From positions 2,608-66,607 of the forward strand of contig CAIOYH010000217.1 of the NCBI GenBank assembly GCA_903862465.1: a stretch of DNA of 64,000 nucleotides. Reading direction: 5' to 3'. Of this stretch, positions 10,269 through 19,404 are shown one piece after another (positions within the stretch are counted from its first letter, which is position 1; each line of letters begins with the position of its first letter). The notes under the pieces are model-generated. The model did no database searches. It was not told where the DNA came from and saw only the letters and a list, made by a program, of their open reading frames with translations. Made by a program: the position numbers and the translations under genes. The DNA is from an uncultured bacterium. Its GTDB lineage: Bacteria > Bacteroidota > Bacteroidia > Bacteroidales > CAIWKO01.

Positions 10269-10796
10269 ATGATGAAAATATTTCTGTTAGGTTTTATGGG
10301 AAGCGGCAAGACCACTATGGGAGCGTGGTTAGCGGCGCATTATCGTTCGAAGCTTATTGATACCGACTGGATGGTGGAGGGAAAGCATCACAAATCTGTA
10401 GCTAAAATGTTTGAGCAAGATGGCGAGGAGGTTTTTCGCAAAGCGGAACATACGGTGCTGCAAAACATTCTTGAACAGGAAAAAGCTTGCGTTGTCGCTT
10501 GCGGAGGAGGGATGCCGTGCTTTTTTGATGCCATGGCGGCGATGAATGCAGCGGGGGCTACGGTATATTTAAAACTTTCTGCGGATTTGCTTTTCTCGCG
10601 GCTGCGCAAAGAAATAAATCAGCGTCCGCTTTTAGCGCAGCAAGAAGATTTGCAGGGATATATCACAGATACTTTAAAGCAAAGAGAACCCTATTATAGC
10701 CAAGCCAAACATACTGTCATCGTGCAAGATGGAGATACCATAGCGGAGGTTAAGCGGAGGATAGTCGCGGCGGTGGACAGGGAGCAGGGAGGGTGA
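10269..10796 (+). CDS. aroK: Shikimate kinase
   Basis: Walker A motif LLGFMGSGKTTMG at the N-terminus, about 170 aa, and the GGG motif (VVACGGGMP). Confidence 0.85.
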   Translation: MMKIFLLGFMGSGKTTMGAWLAAHYRSKLIDTDWMVEGKHHKSVAKMFEQDGEEVFRKAEHTVLQNILEQEKACVVACGGGMPCFFDAMAAMNAAGATVYLKLSADLLFSRLRKEINQRPLLAQQEDLQGYITDTLKQREPYYSQAKHTVIVQDGDTIAEVKRRIVAAVDREQGG

Positions 10797-10799
10797 AGT

Positions 10800-11150
10800 T
10801 TTAAGTTCCAAGATCCAAATACCACGGTACAAGACCCAAGATCCAAATTCCAAGCTCCAAATACCAAGGGATACCTCTACGAATTACGAATTTGCGAATT
10901 ACGAATTTTGACGCCGCGCCGAAAATCACAAAGTAAAGAATTGCCACGAAGACACGAAGACACAAAGTGACACAAAGTATTGCTATTCTTTATATAAAGC
11001 GTTTGAAATCTTCGTGTTTCCTAGCGGAATACTAGGCGGGCTTCGTGCCTTAGTGTCTTAGTGCCTTGGTGGTGGTTTTCTTAACTTGTGTCTTGAAACC
11101 CAAATCTTAAATCATAAATCAAAAATCTTAAATCAACAATTTCTTTTCAT
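10800..11150. repeat. Mosaic low-complexity 'word' repeat region (CCAAGATCCAAAT, CTACGAATTACGAAT, CACGAAGACAC, CACAAAGTGA, AAATCTTAAATC)
   Basis: Short 7-10-nt words are iterated with small changes. The same words recur at 24.2 kb and 32.0-32.5 kb. Confidence 0.8.
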
Positions 11151-11244
11151 TCTATAAAAAAGTAGTAATTTTATGCCTCTAAATCCGTTAGGTATAGCAA
11201 CAAATAGAAACATACAATCATTTATCGCAAAAGTATCACATTCC

Positions 11245-12396
11245 ATGATAAAACTAATCACCGTGGTAGGCGCACGCCCTCAGTTCATAAAAGCAGCAGC
11301 CATCAGCCGTGCCATACGTACCCATTTTGCTGACCGTATCAACGAAATTATTCTGCATACAGGGCAGCATTACGACGATAATATGTCGGCGATTTTCTTC
11401 GAGCAGCTTGGAATTCCGCAGCCCAAATATAATCTGAGCGTCGGCTCGAGCAATCATGGCAAACAAACTGCCGAGATGATGCTCAAGATAGAAGAAATCC
11501 TGCTGGAGGAACAACCCACCGCCGTGCTCATCTATGGCGACACCAACTCCACGCTGGCAGCCGCCCTTGCCGCCGCCAAAATCCATATCCCTGTGGTGCA
11601 CATTGAGGCGGGTTTGCGTTCGTTCAACAAAAAGATGCCCGAAGAAATCAACCGCATCTGCTCCGACCATGTGTCCACGCTGCTGTTTTCGCCCACCCAA
11701 AAAGGTATCGAAAACCTGCAACACGAAGGCTTCAACGTCAACAACCGTCCACCCTTCCATGTTGACAACCCGGGCACCTATCTCTGTGGCGATATCATGC
11801 TGGACAATGCCTTGTATTTCTCCAAGAAAGCGGATGAGCAACCCGACACTATCCTCAAGCGCCTGAATCTCACCGACAGCAACTACGTTTTGGTGACCTT
11901 GCATCGCGACACCAACACCGACAATCCCGACCGCCTGAAAGCCATCTTTCGCGGCATCAACACCATCAGCAAAACCCACAATCTGCGTATCATCTTCCCC
12001 CTGCATCCGCGCACCCAACGCAAAATTGACGAACTCCCCGACAGCGAAATCAAAGACATCCTCGCCAACAATCCCCTCATCGCCATCATCCCGCCTGCAC
12101 CATATCTGGACTTCATCCAATTGGAGAAAAATGCCCAACTCATCATCACCGACTCGGGCGGCATTCAAAAAGAAGCCTATTTCTTCAAAAATAAATGTTT
12201 GGTGCTGCGCAACGAAACCGAATGGGTGGAGCTTATCGAGTTGGGCGTCGCCCAATTGTGTCCCGCTAACGAACACCAAATTGTGCAAGGCTTCGAAAGC
12301 CTCTACAACAAACACGACTTGCAGTATCCCCAACTCTATGGCGATGGCACCGCTGCCGAATTCATACTCGCGCGCATCTTAGAGAATTTCGCCTAA
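11245..12396 (+). CDS. wecB: UDP-N-acetylglucosamine 2-epimerase (non-hydrolysing)
   Basis: MIKLITVVGARPQFIKAAAIS..., HTGQHYD, DSGGIQKEA. I prefer the internal ATG at 11245 over the listed start at 11173. Confidence 0.9.
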   Translation: MIKLITVVGARPQFIKAAAISRAIRTHFADRINEIILHTGQHYDDNMSAIFFEQLGIPQPKYNLSVGSSNHGKQTAEMMLKIEEILLEEQPTAVLIYGDTNSTLAAALAAAKIHIPVVHIEAGLRSFNKKMPEEINRICSDHVSTLLFSPTQKGIENLQHEGFNVNNRPPFHVDNPGTYLCGDIMLDNALYFSKKADEQPDTILKRLNLTDSNYVLVTLHRDTNTDNPDRLKAIFRGINTISKTHNLRIIFPLHPRTQRKIDELPDSEIKDILANNPLIAIIPPAPYLDFIQLEKNAQLIITDSGGIQKEAYFFKNKCLVLRNETEWVELIELGVAQLCPANEHQIVQGFESLYNKHDLQYPQLYGDGTAAEFILARILENFA

Positions 12397-12477
12397 GCGG
12401 GAAGTAATCTTATGTGATAAAGAAATCCGCCCCCATCCGCGTTGCCCCCCATCCGCCTTATCCGCGTGCCATCCTCC

Positions 12478-13848
12478 TCACCAAACTATCTTCCGCAGCC
12501 CTCTCTTTTTCAAGTATCCTTTGAGCAATATTTCGTAATCGGGATAATAAGTCGTGCTGATCAGGCAGCTTCTCAACTCGGCAGGCTCCACAATTTGCGT
12601 GGACATGTCCATATAGCCAAAGCCCACGTAGCGCATGTTTTCGACCATGATGATGGAACACTCGCCCACACTACGCCCACGGTCAATCAGCACAAAATTC
12701 TGTTCCCATTTCGGAAACTGCCGCAGCAAAAGCTGCACACGCTCGTTATACACCGCCACATCCTCCATGCCCGAACAGATGCCGTTGCATTTTTTGATAT
12801 GATGATTGAAGCAAGGCGAATGGGTCGCCATCAGCCCGCAATAGTTCACGCACAACTCGAATTCGTCTATCCAACGGTCCAACATTTCGCGCGCCCCCAT
12901 CAGCGAATTAAAAGATTTCAGCGTGTTGCCCGTTTCCAGGAAGTCTTCAATCTTCAGGTTGATGATGCCTGCGTCGTCCACCTCCCACACGATGCTGTGG
13001 GAATAGCTTTCGCTCAGGCGCTGCCGATTGTATTTGGGTTTATGCTTCTTGATTTCGGCAGATTCCAACAGCAAGGCGATAATCTCGCTGCCCGTATGCA
13101 CAAAATCCACGTTGGTCAGTTCGTGCAACATGCGCTTGCCTTTCTTGTCTTTTGTGTTGAAATGGCTTTGCGCCCGATTATACACATTGACGCTCTTGCC
13201 CACATAGATGATCTGCTGATCTTTATCCAAAAAATAATATACGCCGCATTCTTCGGGCAATTTCTTGAGGATATATTCCTTGATGTTGTCCACTCGTCGC
13301 GTCATGATCCTATCTACACCCATATTTTTATAGATGGGGTCGAAATCTTTTTGCTGCAAGAGCAACTCAAAGAGTTTGGCAGTAGCCACCGCATCGCCTT
13401 CTGCCCGATGACGCGCCGTATTGTCTATGCCCAAGGAGGCGCATAAATTCCCCAAGCTGTAGGATATCCTTCCGGGCAACAGCTTCCGCGAAAGACTCAC
13501 CGTGCACAGCTTGTCGCGCTTGAACTTATAGCCCAAAGAGGCGAATTCCTCCTTGATAAAGTTATAGTCGAAGCTCACATTGTGTGCCACAAAGATGCGT
13601 CCTTCGGTCAGCTCGATGATTTTGCGCGCCACTTCGTGAAACTTGGGCGCATCTGCCACCATTGCGTCGGTGATTTTCGTCAATTTCGAGTAGAAATGAC
13701 TGATATGACATTCGGGATTAATCAAGCTGGTGAACACTTCCACCACCTGCAATCCATCGTGCACCACGATACATATCTCCGTGATGCGTCCCTTGCGGAA
13801 TTCAAATTTCCCGCCACAGGTTTCTATATCTACAATCGCAAACATCAC
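12478..13848 (-). CDS. DnaQ-like 3'-5' exonuclease domain fused to a GIY-YIG nuclease domain (Cho/UvrC-N-like)
   Basis: Exo I motif FAIVDIETCGG, HNVSFDYNF, HRAEGDA, then the GIY-YIG motif GVYYFLDKDQQIIYVGKSVNVYNR. It overlaps the LexA-like gene by ATGA (13845-13848). Confidence 0.85.
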   Translation of the reverse strand: MMFAIVDIETCGGKFEFRKGRITEICIVVHDGLQVVEVFTSLINPECHISHFYSKLTKITDAMVADAPKFHEVARKIIELTEGRIFVAHNVSFDYNFIKEEFASLGYKFKRDKLCTVSLSRKLLPGRISYSLGNLCASLGIDNTARHRAEGDAVATAKLFELLLQQKDFDPIYKNMGVDRIMTRRVDNIKEYILKKLPEECGVYYFLDKDQQIIYVGKSVNVYNRAQSHFNTKDKKGKRMLHELTNVDFVHTGSEIIALLLESAEIKKHKPKYNRQRLSESYSHSIVWEVDDAGIINLKIEDFLETGNTLKSFNSLMGAREMLDRWIDEFELCVNYCGLMATHSPCFNHHIKKCNGICSGMEDVAVYNERVQLLLRQFPKWEQNFVLIDRGRSVGECSIIMVENMRYVGFGYMDMSTQIVEPAELRSCLISTTYYPDYEILLKGYLKKRGLRKIVW

Positions 13849-14606
13849 TCGTTCTTTATACGTTCAATATCCACCTTCATGCTGCGCAAAAAACTCATCA
13901 TGCTCTCCATGTTTATCTCTTCTTCTTTCTTGTCGGATGTTTTCAAACAACACACAAACTCCCAAATCTCCAAGATATCCTTGGCGTGAAGCTCATAAGG
14001 GCTGTAAACCTTATTATCCGAGCGCATCTCGAAGGTGACGTTGCCGGTGCGATACATCCGTTTATACACGATGCCTTCTTCCCGCGACAACACGATATAG
14101 GTTTTGCCGTCCTCCACGTCTCTGAGGTGCTCCACAAACCTGCCCACGATAAAGTCGCCCGTGCAAACCGGCAGCATAGAGTCGCCTTGTATCGGAAACG
14201 CGCGATGTTTCCCCGCAAACACAAAAGGCAGCTTCATCGAAGGCAGCATTTCCACATACTCCGGGTCGGAATAGCCGTTCAAATAGCCTGCCGAAGCCCG
14301 CTCGGTCACCACCTCTATCACGTCCCTGTTTTCTTTGTCAACGATGATAGGAAACAACACGCGATTGGTGCCGATGTTCATCAAGGCGGCTGCGTCGGTC
14401 TTGCGCAGGTCGGCTTTCACCAACAAATCTATGGAAATCCTGAAGTATTCGGAGATACGTATCAGCATCTCTATGGGCGGCTCGTTACGTCCTTCTTCAT
14501 AAGCCCCAAGCCGCGCACGTGTGATGTTCATGTCGTCGGCAAGTGTCTCTTGCGAGAGCTTTTTTAACTCTCTTAAATGGCGGATGTTATAAGATATTGT
14601 ACTCAT
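13845..14606 (-). CDS. CI-type HTH (XRE) plus S24 peptidase repressor (Bacteroidota 'non-canonical LexA')
   Basis: N-terminal HTH (LRELKKLSQETLADDMNITRARLGAYEEG) and a C-terminal S24 Ser/Lys pattern (FPIQGDSMLP ... IVYKRM). It is divergent from the dinB-dnaE2 pair. Confidence 0.8.
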   Translation of the reverse strand: MSTISYNIRHLRELKKLSQETLADDMNITRARLGAYEEGRNEPPIEMLIRISEYFRISIDLLVKADLRKTDAAALMNIGTNRVLFPIIVDKENRDVIEVVTERASAGYLNGYSDPEYVEMLPSMKLPFVFAGKHRAFPIQGDSMLPVCTGDFIVGRFVEHLRDVEDGKTYIVLSREEGIVYKRMYRTGNVTFEMRSDNKVYSPYELHAKDILEIWEFVCCLKTSDKKEEEINMESMMSFLRSMKVDIERIKNE

Positions 14607-14617
14607 AATTATATATT

Positions 14618-14632
14618 GCTACAAATTGTAGC
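14618..14632. promoter_or_regulatory. Perfect 15-bp palindrome GCTACAAATTGTAGC, a candidate operator of the LexA-like repressor
   Basis: Lies between a minus-strand TAnnTTTG box (plus-strand caaaggta at 14634-14641) and the repressor ATG (14606). This is in the divergent intergenic region shared with dinB. Confidence 0.5.
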
Positions 14633-14654
14633 GCAAAGGTACTACATTTAATAG

Positions 14655-14662
14655 TAACTTTG
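14655..14662 (+). promoter_or_regulatory. -7 box TAACTTTG upstream of dinB-dnaE2
   Basis: Matches TAnnTTTG, lies 27 nt upstream of the ATG at 14689, and overlaps an imperfect palindrome TACTA-N7-TAGTA (14640-14656). Confidence 0.4.
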
Positions 14663-14688
14663 TCGAAATAATAAAAATATATTTTGCA

Positions 14689-15849
14689 ATGGAACGCCGT
14701 ATCATACACATGGACTTAGACTCCTTTTTTGTTTCCGTCGAACGACTGATGGACAGCAGTTTGATAGGAAAGCCCGTCATCATTGGAGGCACCTCCGACC
14801 GAGGGGTGGTGGCGTCGTGCAGTTATGAAGCGCGCAAATTTGGTGTCCATTCTGCCATGCCGGGCAAGCTTGCCAAGCAAATGTGTCCCCAAGCGGTGTT
14901 CATTCGGGGCGATATGGACTTATATTCCAAACATTCCAACCTGGTCACCGAAATCATCAAAGAACGCTCCCCGTTGGTCGAAAAAGCTTCCATTGACGAG
15001 CATTATGTGGATATCACAGGCATGGATCGTTTTATCAAAAGTAGTATGCTTTGGACACACGAGCTGCGCAGCGAAATCATCCAACAGACGGGCTTGCCCA
15101 TCTCTTTTGGCTTATCGGTGAACAAAACCGTTTCGAAAGTTGCCACGGGCGAAGCCAAACCCAATGGCGAAAAACACGTGGATGCCGGCATCGAACGCCT
15201 TTTCCTGGCACCCTTATCCATAAAGAAAATACCGGGGATAGGCGGGAAGACCTATTCGCTGCTGCGCAATATGGGCGTAGAAAAAGTGGAGACCATACAG
15301 CAGATGCCTATGCTGATGATGCAAAAAGTGATGGGCGAAAACGGCGAAGTGATATGGAAAAAAGCCAACGGCATTGACAACAGTCCCGTGGTGCCCTATT
15401 CGGAACAAAAAAGCATGAGCAGCGAAACCACCTTCGACAAAGACACCACCGACATCGAACAGTTGAAACGGGTGCTGATGCGCATGATTGAGAAACTGGC
15501 ATTTGAATTGCGGAAATCGCGCAAAGTGACGGGATGCGTAACGCTCAAACTGCGCTATTCCGACTTTCAGACCCACACCTTTCAAAGCCGCATCGAATAC
15601 ACTGCCTCCGACCATGTGTTGCTCAACAAAGTGCTGGAACTCTTCAAAAAGAATTATTCCCGCCGAGTGTTGATACGACTGATAGGCATCAAATTTAGCA
15701 ACTTGGTTTCGGGCTTCACCCAAATCAACCTCTATGAAGATACTGAAGAAATGATTAACCTCTATCAATCCATAGATAAGATACGCAAACGCTACGGGTT
15801 CAAAGCCATCATGAAATGCATAAACATGAAACAAGCCCATGATTCTTAA
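14689..15849 (+). CDS. dinB: Y-family DNA polymerase (Pol IV type)
   Basis: The catalytic N-terminus IIHMDLDSFFVSVE is retained, followed by SCSYEARKFGVHSAMP. Its stop overlaps the dnaE2 start by 11 nt. Confidence 0.85.
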   Translation: MERRIIHMDLDSFFVSVERLMDSSLIGKPVIIGGTSDRGVVASCSYEARKFGVHSAMPGKLAKQMCPQAVFIRGDMDLYSKHSNLVTEIIKERSPLVEKASIDEHYVDITGMDRFIKSSMLWTHELRSEIIQQTGLPISFGLSVNKTVSKVATGEAKPNGEKHVDAGIERLFLAPLSIKKIPGIGGKTYSLLRNMGVEKVETIQQMPMLMMQKVMGENGEVIWKKANGIDNSPVVPYSEQKSMSSETTFDKDTTDIEQLKRVLMRMIEKLAFELRKSRKVTGCVTLKLRYSDFQTHTFQSRIEYTASDHVLLNKVLELFKKNYSRRVLIRLIGIKFSNLVSGFTQINLYEDTEEMINLYQSIDKIRKRYGFKAIMKCINMKQAHDS

Positions 15850-18781
15850 CGCACATTCCTATTATAGCTTGCGCTATGGCGTGATAGCCATCGAAGAGTT
15901 GGTGAAGCTTGCCGTTCAACATAACTATAGCGCCATCGCTCTCACCGACATCAACAACAGTTCGGGTATGTTGGAATTTGTGAAGCTGTGTGTCGAACAC
16001 CACATAAAGCCATTGGTGGGCATGGAATTCAGAAATCAGGACACTTTGCTCTATATCGCCATTGCCCGCAACAATGCAGGCTTCCGCGAAATCAACGAGC
16101 TGATGACCACCACCACCATGCAAAAACTGAAACTCCCCGCCCGCCCCGATTTTATGCATACCTATGTTATATATCCTTACGGAAAAACTCCCGCCGAACC
16201 TCTCCGCGACAACGAATACATAGGCATACGTCCTGCGCAGATGAAGAAACTGCTGCGCGAAAAAACCACTGCGACTCAGAAATTCGTCATACTGCACACC
16301 TGCACCTACAAAGACTTCCAAGGCTTCGAAACCCACAAGAAACTCCGCGCCGTTGCCCACAACCTATTGCTGTCGCAGCTCGAAGCCCATCAGATAGCCG
16401 CCACCGACGAGTTTATGCTGCCCGCCAAACAACTCCTGCAACTTTATGCCGACCATCCCCACATCATCCACAACACCGAACACATCATAGCCGACTGCAA
16501 TTTCACCTTCGATTTCAAAACCGTTAAGAACAAACGTATCTACACCTCTAATGTGTATGATGATAAGCTCTTGTTGGAGAAACTCGCCTTCGATGGTATG
16601 AGATATCGCTACGGCACCCACAACAAAATAGCCCGCCAACGCGTCACCAAGGAGTTGGAGATTATTGACACGCTCGGCTTCTCGTCCTATTTCCTCATCA
16701 CCGCCGACATCATCCGCTATTCTATGCAATGCGGCTTCTATCATGTGGGACGGGGAAGCGGCGCCAACAGTGTGGTGGCGTATTGCCTGCGCATCACCGA
16801 CGTGTGCCCCATCGAACTCGATTTGTATTTCGAACGCTTCTTGAATCCCAAACGCAAATCTCCTCCCGATTTCGATATAGATTACAGTTGGAAAGAGCGC
16901 GACCAAGTGATAGAATATATTTTCAAACGCTACGGACGCCAACATACCGCCTTGTTGGGAGCCATGTCAACCTTCAAAGACCGTTCCATCATCCGCGAGA
17001 TGGGCAAAGTGTATGGGCTGCCCAAAGAGGACATCGACCGCCTGATTAAGTTCCCCGACTCGCCCCTCAATCAAAGCGAAATTTGTCGCGACATCATGGC
17101 GCACTACAACGCCATCGAGGATTTTCCCAACCTGCGCAGCATCCATGCAGGGGGCATCTTGATTTCCGAAGAACCCATCACCGCCTACACCGCCCTCGAT
17201 ATGCCGCCCAAAGGTTTCCCCACCACCCAATTCGACATGTATCTGGCAGAAGACATCGGCTTCGAGAAACTCGACATCCTGAGTCAGCGCGGCATCGGAC
17301 ACATCAAGGATGCCGCCGAAATCATTTATCAAAACCGTGGCATCAAGGTGGATGTGCATGAGGTGAACAAATTCAAAACCGACCCCGTCGTGCGCCAACA
17401 GTTGAAGTCGGGCGACACCATCGGCTGTTTCTATATCGAAAGCCCCGCCATGCGCGGTTTGTTGAAAAAACTCCATTGCGACAACTATCTCACCCTCGTG
17501 GCAGCCAGTTCCATCATACGACCGGGCGTTGCCAAAAGCGGCATGATGAAAGAGTTTATCCATCGCTTTCATCATCCCAACGACTTCACCTATCTGCATC
17601 CCATCATGGAAGAACAACTGAAAGAAACCTACGGCGTGATGGTCTATCAGGAAGATGTGTTGAAGGTGGGGCATCATTTCGGCGGCTTGGATTTGGCTGA
17701 TGCCGATGTGTTGCGACGTATGATGAGCGGCAAATCGCGCAACAAAAAACACCTCGACGAAATCTCCGAGAAATACTATGCCCATTGCCGCGCCATGCAG
17801 TATCCCGACGCCTTGAGCAAAGAAGTGTGGCGACAAATCGAATCTTTTGCCGGCTACAGCTTCAGCAAAGCCCATTCGGCAAGCTATGCCGTGGAGAGTT
17901 TCCAAAGCCTCTTCCTCAAAACCTATTATCCCTTGGAGTTTATGATAGCCGTCATCAACAATTTCGGCGGATTCTATGCCACACGCGTCTATCTCAACGA
18001 AGCCCGCAAAGCCGGCGGCACCATCCATCTGCCCTGCGTAAACCACAGCCTCATGCTCACCACGCTCTATGGCACCGACGTCTATCTCGGTTTTGTCCAC
18101 ATCAAATCCCTCGAAAACACCATTGCCGAAACCATCGTCAGCGAGCGCCAACAGGCGGGCAACTACCTCAGCCTCGAAGATTTCATCCTGCGCACCCACA
18201 TCACACTCGAAGCCTTGCGCATACTCATCCGCATTGATGCCTTGCGCTTCACAGGCTCCAACAAACGCCAACTCCTGTGGCAAGCCCATATTCTTTTAGA
18301 CAAACAAAGCAACAAACCCCAAGACCAAAACCTCAAACTATTCTCCGTGGCGCTGCCCGCCTGGGAAGTCCCCGCATTGGTCCACAACCAAATCGAAGAC
18401 GTTTACGACGAACTGGAGTTGCTCGAATTCCCCGTCAGCCTGTCGCCTTTCCAACTCCTGAAAACCGACTACCGTAGCCCCTGCAACGCCTCCAACATGA
18501 TCAACCATCTGGGCAGCACCGTGCGCATGTTGGGCAATTATGTCACCTACAAATGGGTGCGCACCGTGCGGGGCGACACCATGGCGTTCGGCACTTTCCT
18601 AGACGAAGACGGCAACTTTTTCGACACCACCCATTTTCCCCAAAGCTTCAAAACCTATCCCTTCAGCGGCAGCGGCATCTATCTCCTGTTGGGCAAAATC
18701 GTCGAAGACTTTGGCTTCCCGAGCATGGAAGTGCAGAAAATGGCAAAACTGCCTGTGCATCCTGACCCGAGGGTGGGGTAG
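15839..18781 (+). CDS. dnaE2: Error-prone DNA polymerase III alpha-like subunit (DnaE2 type)
   Basis: N-terminal PHP domain (LNAHSYYSLRYG, ALTDINN) and Pol III alpha core motifs (PDFDIDY, GRGSGANSVVAY, FSKAHSASYA). At 980 aa it lacks the long DnaE1 C-terminus. Confidence 0.85.
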   Translation: MILNAHSYYSLRYGVIAIEELVKLAVQHNYSAIALTDINNSSGMLEFVKLCVEHHIKPLVGMEFRNQDTLLYIAIARNNAGFREINELMTTTTMQKLKLPARPDFMHTYVIYPYGKTPAEPLRDNEYIGIRPAQMKKLLREKTTATQKFVILHTCTYKDFQGFETHKKLRAVAHNLLLSQLEAHQIAATDEFMLPAKQLLQLYADHPHIIHNTEHIIADCNFTFDFKTVKNKRIYTSNVYDDKLLLEKLAFDGMRYRYGTHNKIARQRVTKELEIIDTLGFSSYFLITADIIRYSMQCGFYHVGRGSGANSVVAYCLRITDVCPIELDLYFERFLNPKRKSPPDFDIDYSWKERDQVIEYIFKRYGRQHTALLGAMSTFKDRSIIREMGKVYGLPKEDIDRLIKFPDSPLNQSEICRDIMAHYNAIEDFPNLRSIHAGGILISEEPITAYTALDMPPKGFPTTQFDMYLAEDIGFEKLDILSQRGIGHIKDAAEIIYQNRGIKVDVHEVNKFKTDPVVRQQLKSGDTIGCFYIESPAMRGLLKKLHCDNYLTLVAASSIIRPGVAKSGMMKEFIHRFHHPNDFTYLHPIMEEQLKETYGVMVYQEDVLKVGHHFGGLDLADADVLRRMMSGKSRNKKHLDEISEKYYAHCRAMQYPDALSKEVWRQIESFAGYSFSKAHSASYAVESFQSLFLKTYYPLEFMIAVINNFGGFYATRVYLNEARKAGGTIHLPCVNHSLMLTTLYGTDVYLGFVHIKSLENTIAETIVSERQQAGNYLSLEDFILRTHITLEALRILIRIDALRFTGSNKRQLLWQAHILLDKQSNKPQDQNLKLFSVALPAWEVPALVHNQIEDVYDELELLEFPVSLSPFQLLKTDYRSPCNASNMINHLGSTVRMLGNYVTYKWVRTVRGDTMAFGTFLDEDGNFFDTTHFPQSFKTYPFSGSGIYLLLGKIVEDFGFPSMEVQKMAKLPVHPDPRVG

Positions 18782-19333
18782 GGGATTTTAGATTTTTTTA
18801 CCACAAGAGACACATAGTGTTTTAGGCTTTGTACTCCGTGTGAATTTACTTTGTATAGCTTTTGAAAAAACTATGTTCGCAAGTCAGCATGATAGCGTCA
18901 TTCGAAGTCAAAACTATTTTTAAATACCTTCCTTGTTTAACACTCTATTTATTATTACCTCTTTGAACACATTTAGGTTCTACACTTTTTATTAAGAAAA
19001 TTCAAGCCCCCTACCTAATTCGCATCCGCCTACTTTAAAGAATATCCAAAAGATTGACAGCAAGCTACTATAAGTTCAAGATGTATAGTTTTTAACATTA
19101 ATTAGGTATTTGCTTACCTATTTAACTTCTTTTTTTTGTACATTTACAAATCTTTATAAGTAAAATTAATTTTGATTGCAACTTATGGAAGCTATAATTT
19201 CACTTAAGATTTGGAAATTGAAATCAAAATTAATCATGATATTTCACTTACCCGAACGACTCTCAGGAACGCTACGTGCGAATTATACAACTTATTTTTA
19301 AAATTGTGTAACACCAACTAACCTAAACTTCTT

Positions 19334-19341
19334 TACCTTTG
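19334..19341 (+). promoter_or_regulatory. -7 box TACCTTTG upstream of the first surface-protein gene
   Basis: Matches TAnnTTTG and lies about 65 nt upstream of the ORF start at 19405. Confidence 0.35.
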
Positions 19342-19404
19342 CAAATCAAGAAAATATAACATGGAGTAAACTTATACTAGTAAAACAGCACATAAACTTG
19401 GAAA

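Noticed and set aside
11254-12333. 359-aa minus-strand ORF covering almost all of wecB
   Set aside because: The plus-strand product has unmistakable UDP-GlcNAc 2-epimerase motifs. The antisense product is low-complexity (V/G/D/F-rich) with no motifs. It is explained by the C-rich codon third positions, which remove antisense stops.
12442-13446. 334-aa plus-strand ORF opposite the exonuclease-GIY-YIG gene
   Set aside because: The minus-strand product carries DnaQ Exo motifs and a GIY-YIG motif. The plus-strand product has no motifs and odd H/A/Q/F-rich composition, so it is an antisense artefact of the strand skew.
15214-18289. Series of long minus-strand ORFs (15214-15840, 15809-16360, 16364-16945, 16967-18289) and Arg/Pro/His-rich plus-strand off-frame ORFs inside dinB/dnaE2
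   Set aside because: dinB and dnaE2 are clearly recognisable in their own frames. The alternatives are compositionally aberrant and have no domain signatures.
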